The notes beneath the pieces are model-generated. The model saw nothing but the letters and a program-made list of their open reading frames with translations, ran no database searches and was not told where the DNA came from. Position numbers and translations under genes: made by a program. A DNA stretch of 64,000 nt from Cyclobacteriaceae bacterium (GTDB taxonomy: Bacteria > Bacteroidota > Bacteroidia > Cytophagales > Cyclobacteriaceae): NCBI GenBank assembly GCA_965227265.1, contig OZ245738.1:183645-247644 (forward strand), written 5' to 3'. This document shows, in pieces, positions 63,321-64,000 of this stretch. Position 1 is the stretch's first letter. Each line of letters begins with the position of its first letter.

Positions 63321-64000
63321 GGGTTCAGGGTTTTAGAAAGCTGTAGAGAAAGGTCTAAAAAGATCATTTTTGCGCTGCCGTTGCGTTCGAGGTGATAAGC
63401 AGCATCATTCATAAACTTATACGATTTTTCAATTTTGAAAACGTTCAGCACTTTACTGAAATCCTGGATGAATTTCAATTCGTCACCCTGCACCCGATGA
63501 AGATCATCTGCTCCGGCAGATTTCAAAAGGGATTCGCGCATCATGTTCATGCCATAGTGGATCATGTTGCGTTGGCGAAGTTTATCCAACGCATGAAATT
63601 CTTCTGATTTGGAAACCAGGCTGCTAAAGTCTTTCTTGAAGCAGTCACGCATCCACTGAATAAACGATTGTGCGTTATCATCTTCTTCATTTTCGGATAG
63701 TTTGAACGATAAATTCAAATTCCCTTCTGCAAGCTGGGTAATGGCGGAAGCACGTTTCCGTTCAATCGACTTTTTCTCAACGAGATAATTTTCTACATCC
63801 CTATCAGCTAATAAAGGAATGGTAATGATTTGAGTTCGTGAAATAATCGTTGACAATAAACGATCTGCTGCATTCGTAACCAGAATGAAGTATGTATGCG
63901 CAGCAGGCTCTTCCAGAATTTTTAAAATTCCATTCGCAGCCGAAGGATGCATAAACTCAGGCTGCCAGATAATCATCACTTTATACTTACTTTCAAACGG
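63317..64000 (-). CDS. holB: DNA polymerase III delta-prime subunit, C-terminal part (5' end beyond the window)
   Basis: Frame open to nt 64000. KVMIIWQPEFMHPSAANGILKILEEP ... ISRTQ matches the AAA+ sensor region of HolB. Confidence 0.8.
   Translation of the reverse strand, partial: PFESKYKVMIIWQPEFMHPSAANGILKILEEPAAHTYFILVTNAADRLLSTIISRTQIITIPLLADRDVENYLVEKKSIERKRASAITQLAEGNLNLSFKLSENEEDDNAQSFIQWMRDCFKKDFSSLVSKSEEFHALDKLRQRNMIHYGMNMMRESLLKSAGADDLHRVQGDELKFIQDFSKVLNVFKIEKSYKFMNDAAYHLERNGSAKMIFLDLSLQLSKTLNP

Overview
This 64-kb window looks like core chromosome of a Bacteroidota bacterium, probably Cytophagia- or Sphingobacteriia-like. Supporting signs are CarboxypepD_reg/TonB-dependent receptor architecture, a PafA-type phosphatase, WG-repeat and two-component propeller proteins, TAnnTTTG-type -7 boxes and no obvious Shine-Dalgarno sites. 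I call about 66 protein genes. Most are housekeeping (rny, zapA, pheT, rpsT, radC, thiL, asnB, pruA, holB, HtrA, Hsp20, an ABC-F ATPase, a tricorn-like protease) or envelope and metabolic functions. There are three tRNA genes (Ala-GGC, Pro with an apparent AGG anticodon, Asn-GTT), each with its own candidate promoter and terminator. I see no rRNA, CRISPR array, transposase, integrase, prophage or recognisable defence gene, and I cannot point to a convincing novel multi-gene system. The observations most worth a second look are listed here. (1) A dispersed palindromic REP-like family (GTAGAGACGCAAAATTTTGCGTCTCTAC) sits at gene 3' ends. (2) A nested hairpin has a conserved 12-nt loop and compensatory stem changes. 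(3) The tRNA-Pro carries A34. (4) A HemC-like protein translationally coupled to holB lacks the cofactor cysteine and catalytic residues. (5) A TonB-dependent receptor has a Gly-rich linker and an extra 130-aa domain after the barrel. (6) A YbiT-like ABC-F has lost the second P-loop. (7) Three tight unknown-function clusters: a 7-gene envelope redox-like cluster, a wHTH/CreD cluster, and a lower-GC response regulator / HTH-helical-repeat / WG-repeat locus. All functional calls come from reading the supplied translations by eye. No database search was run.
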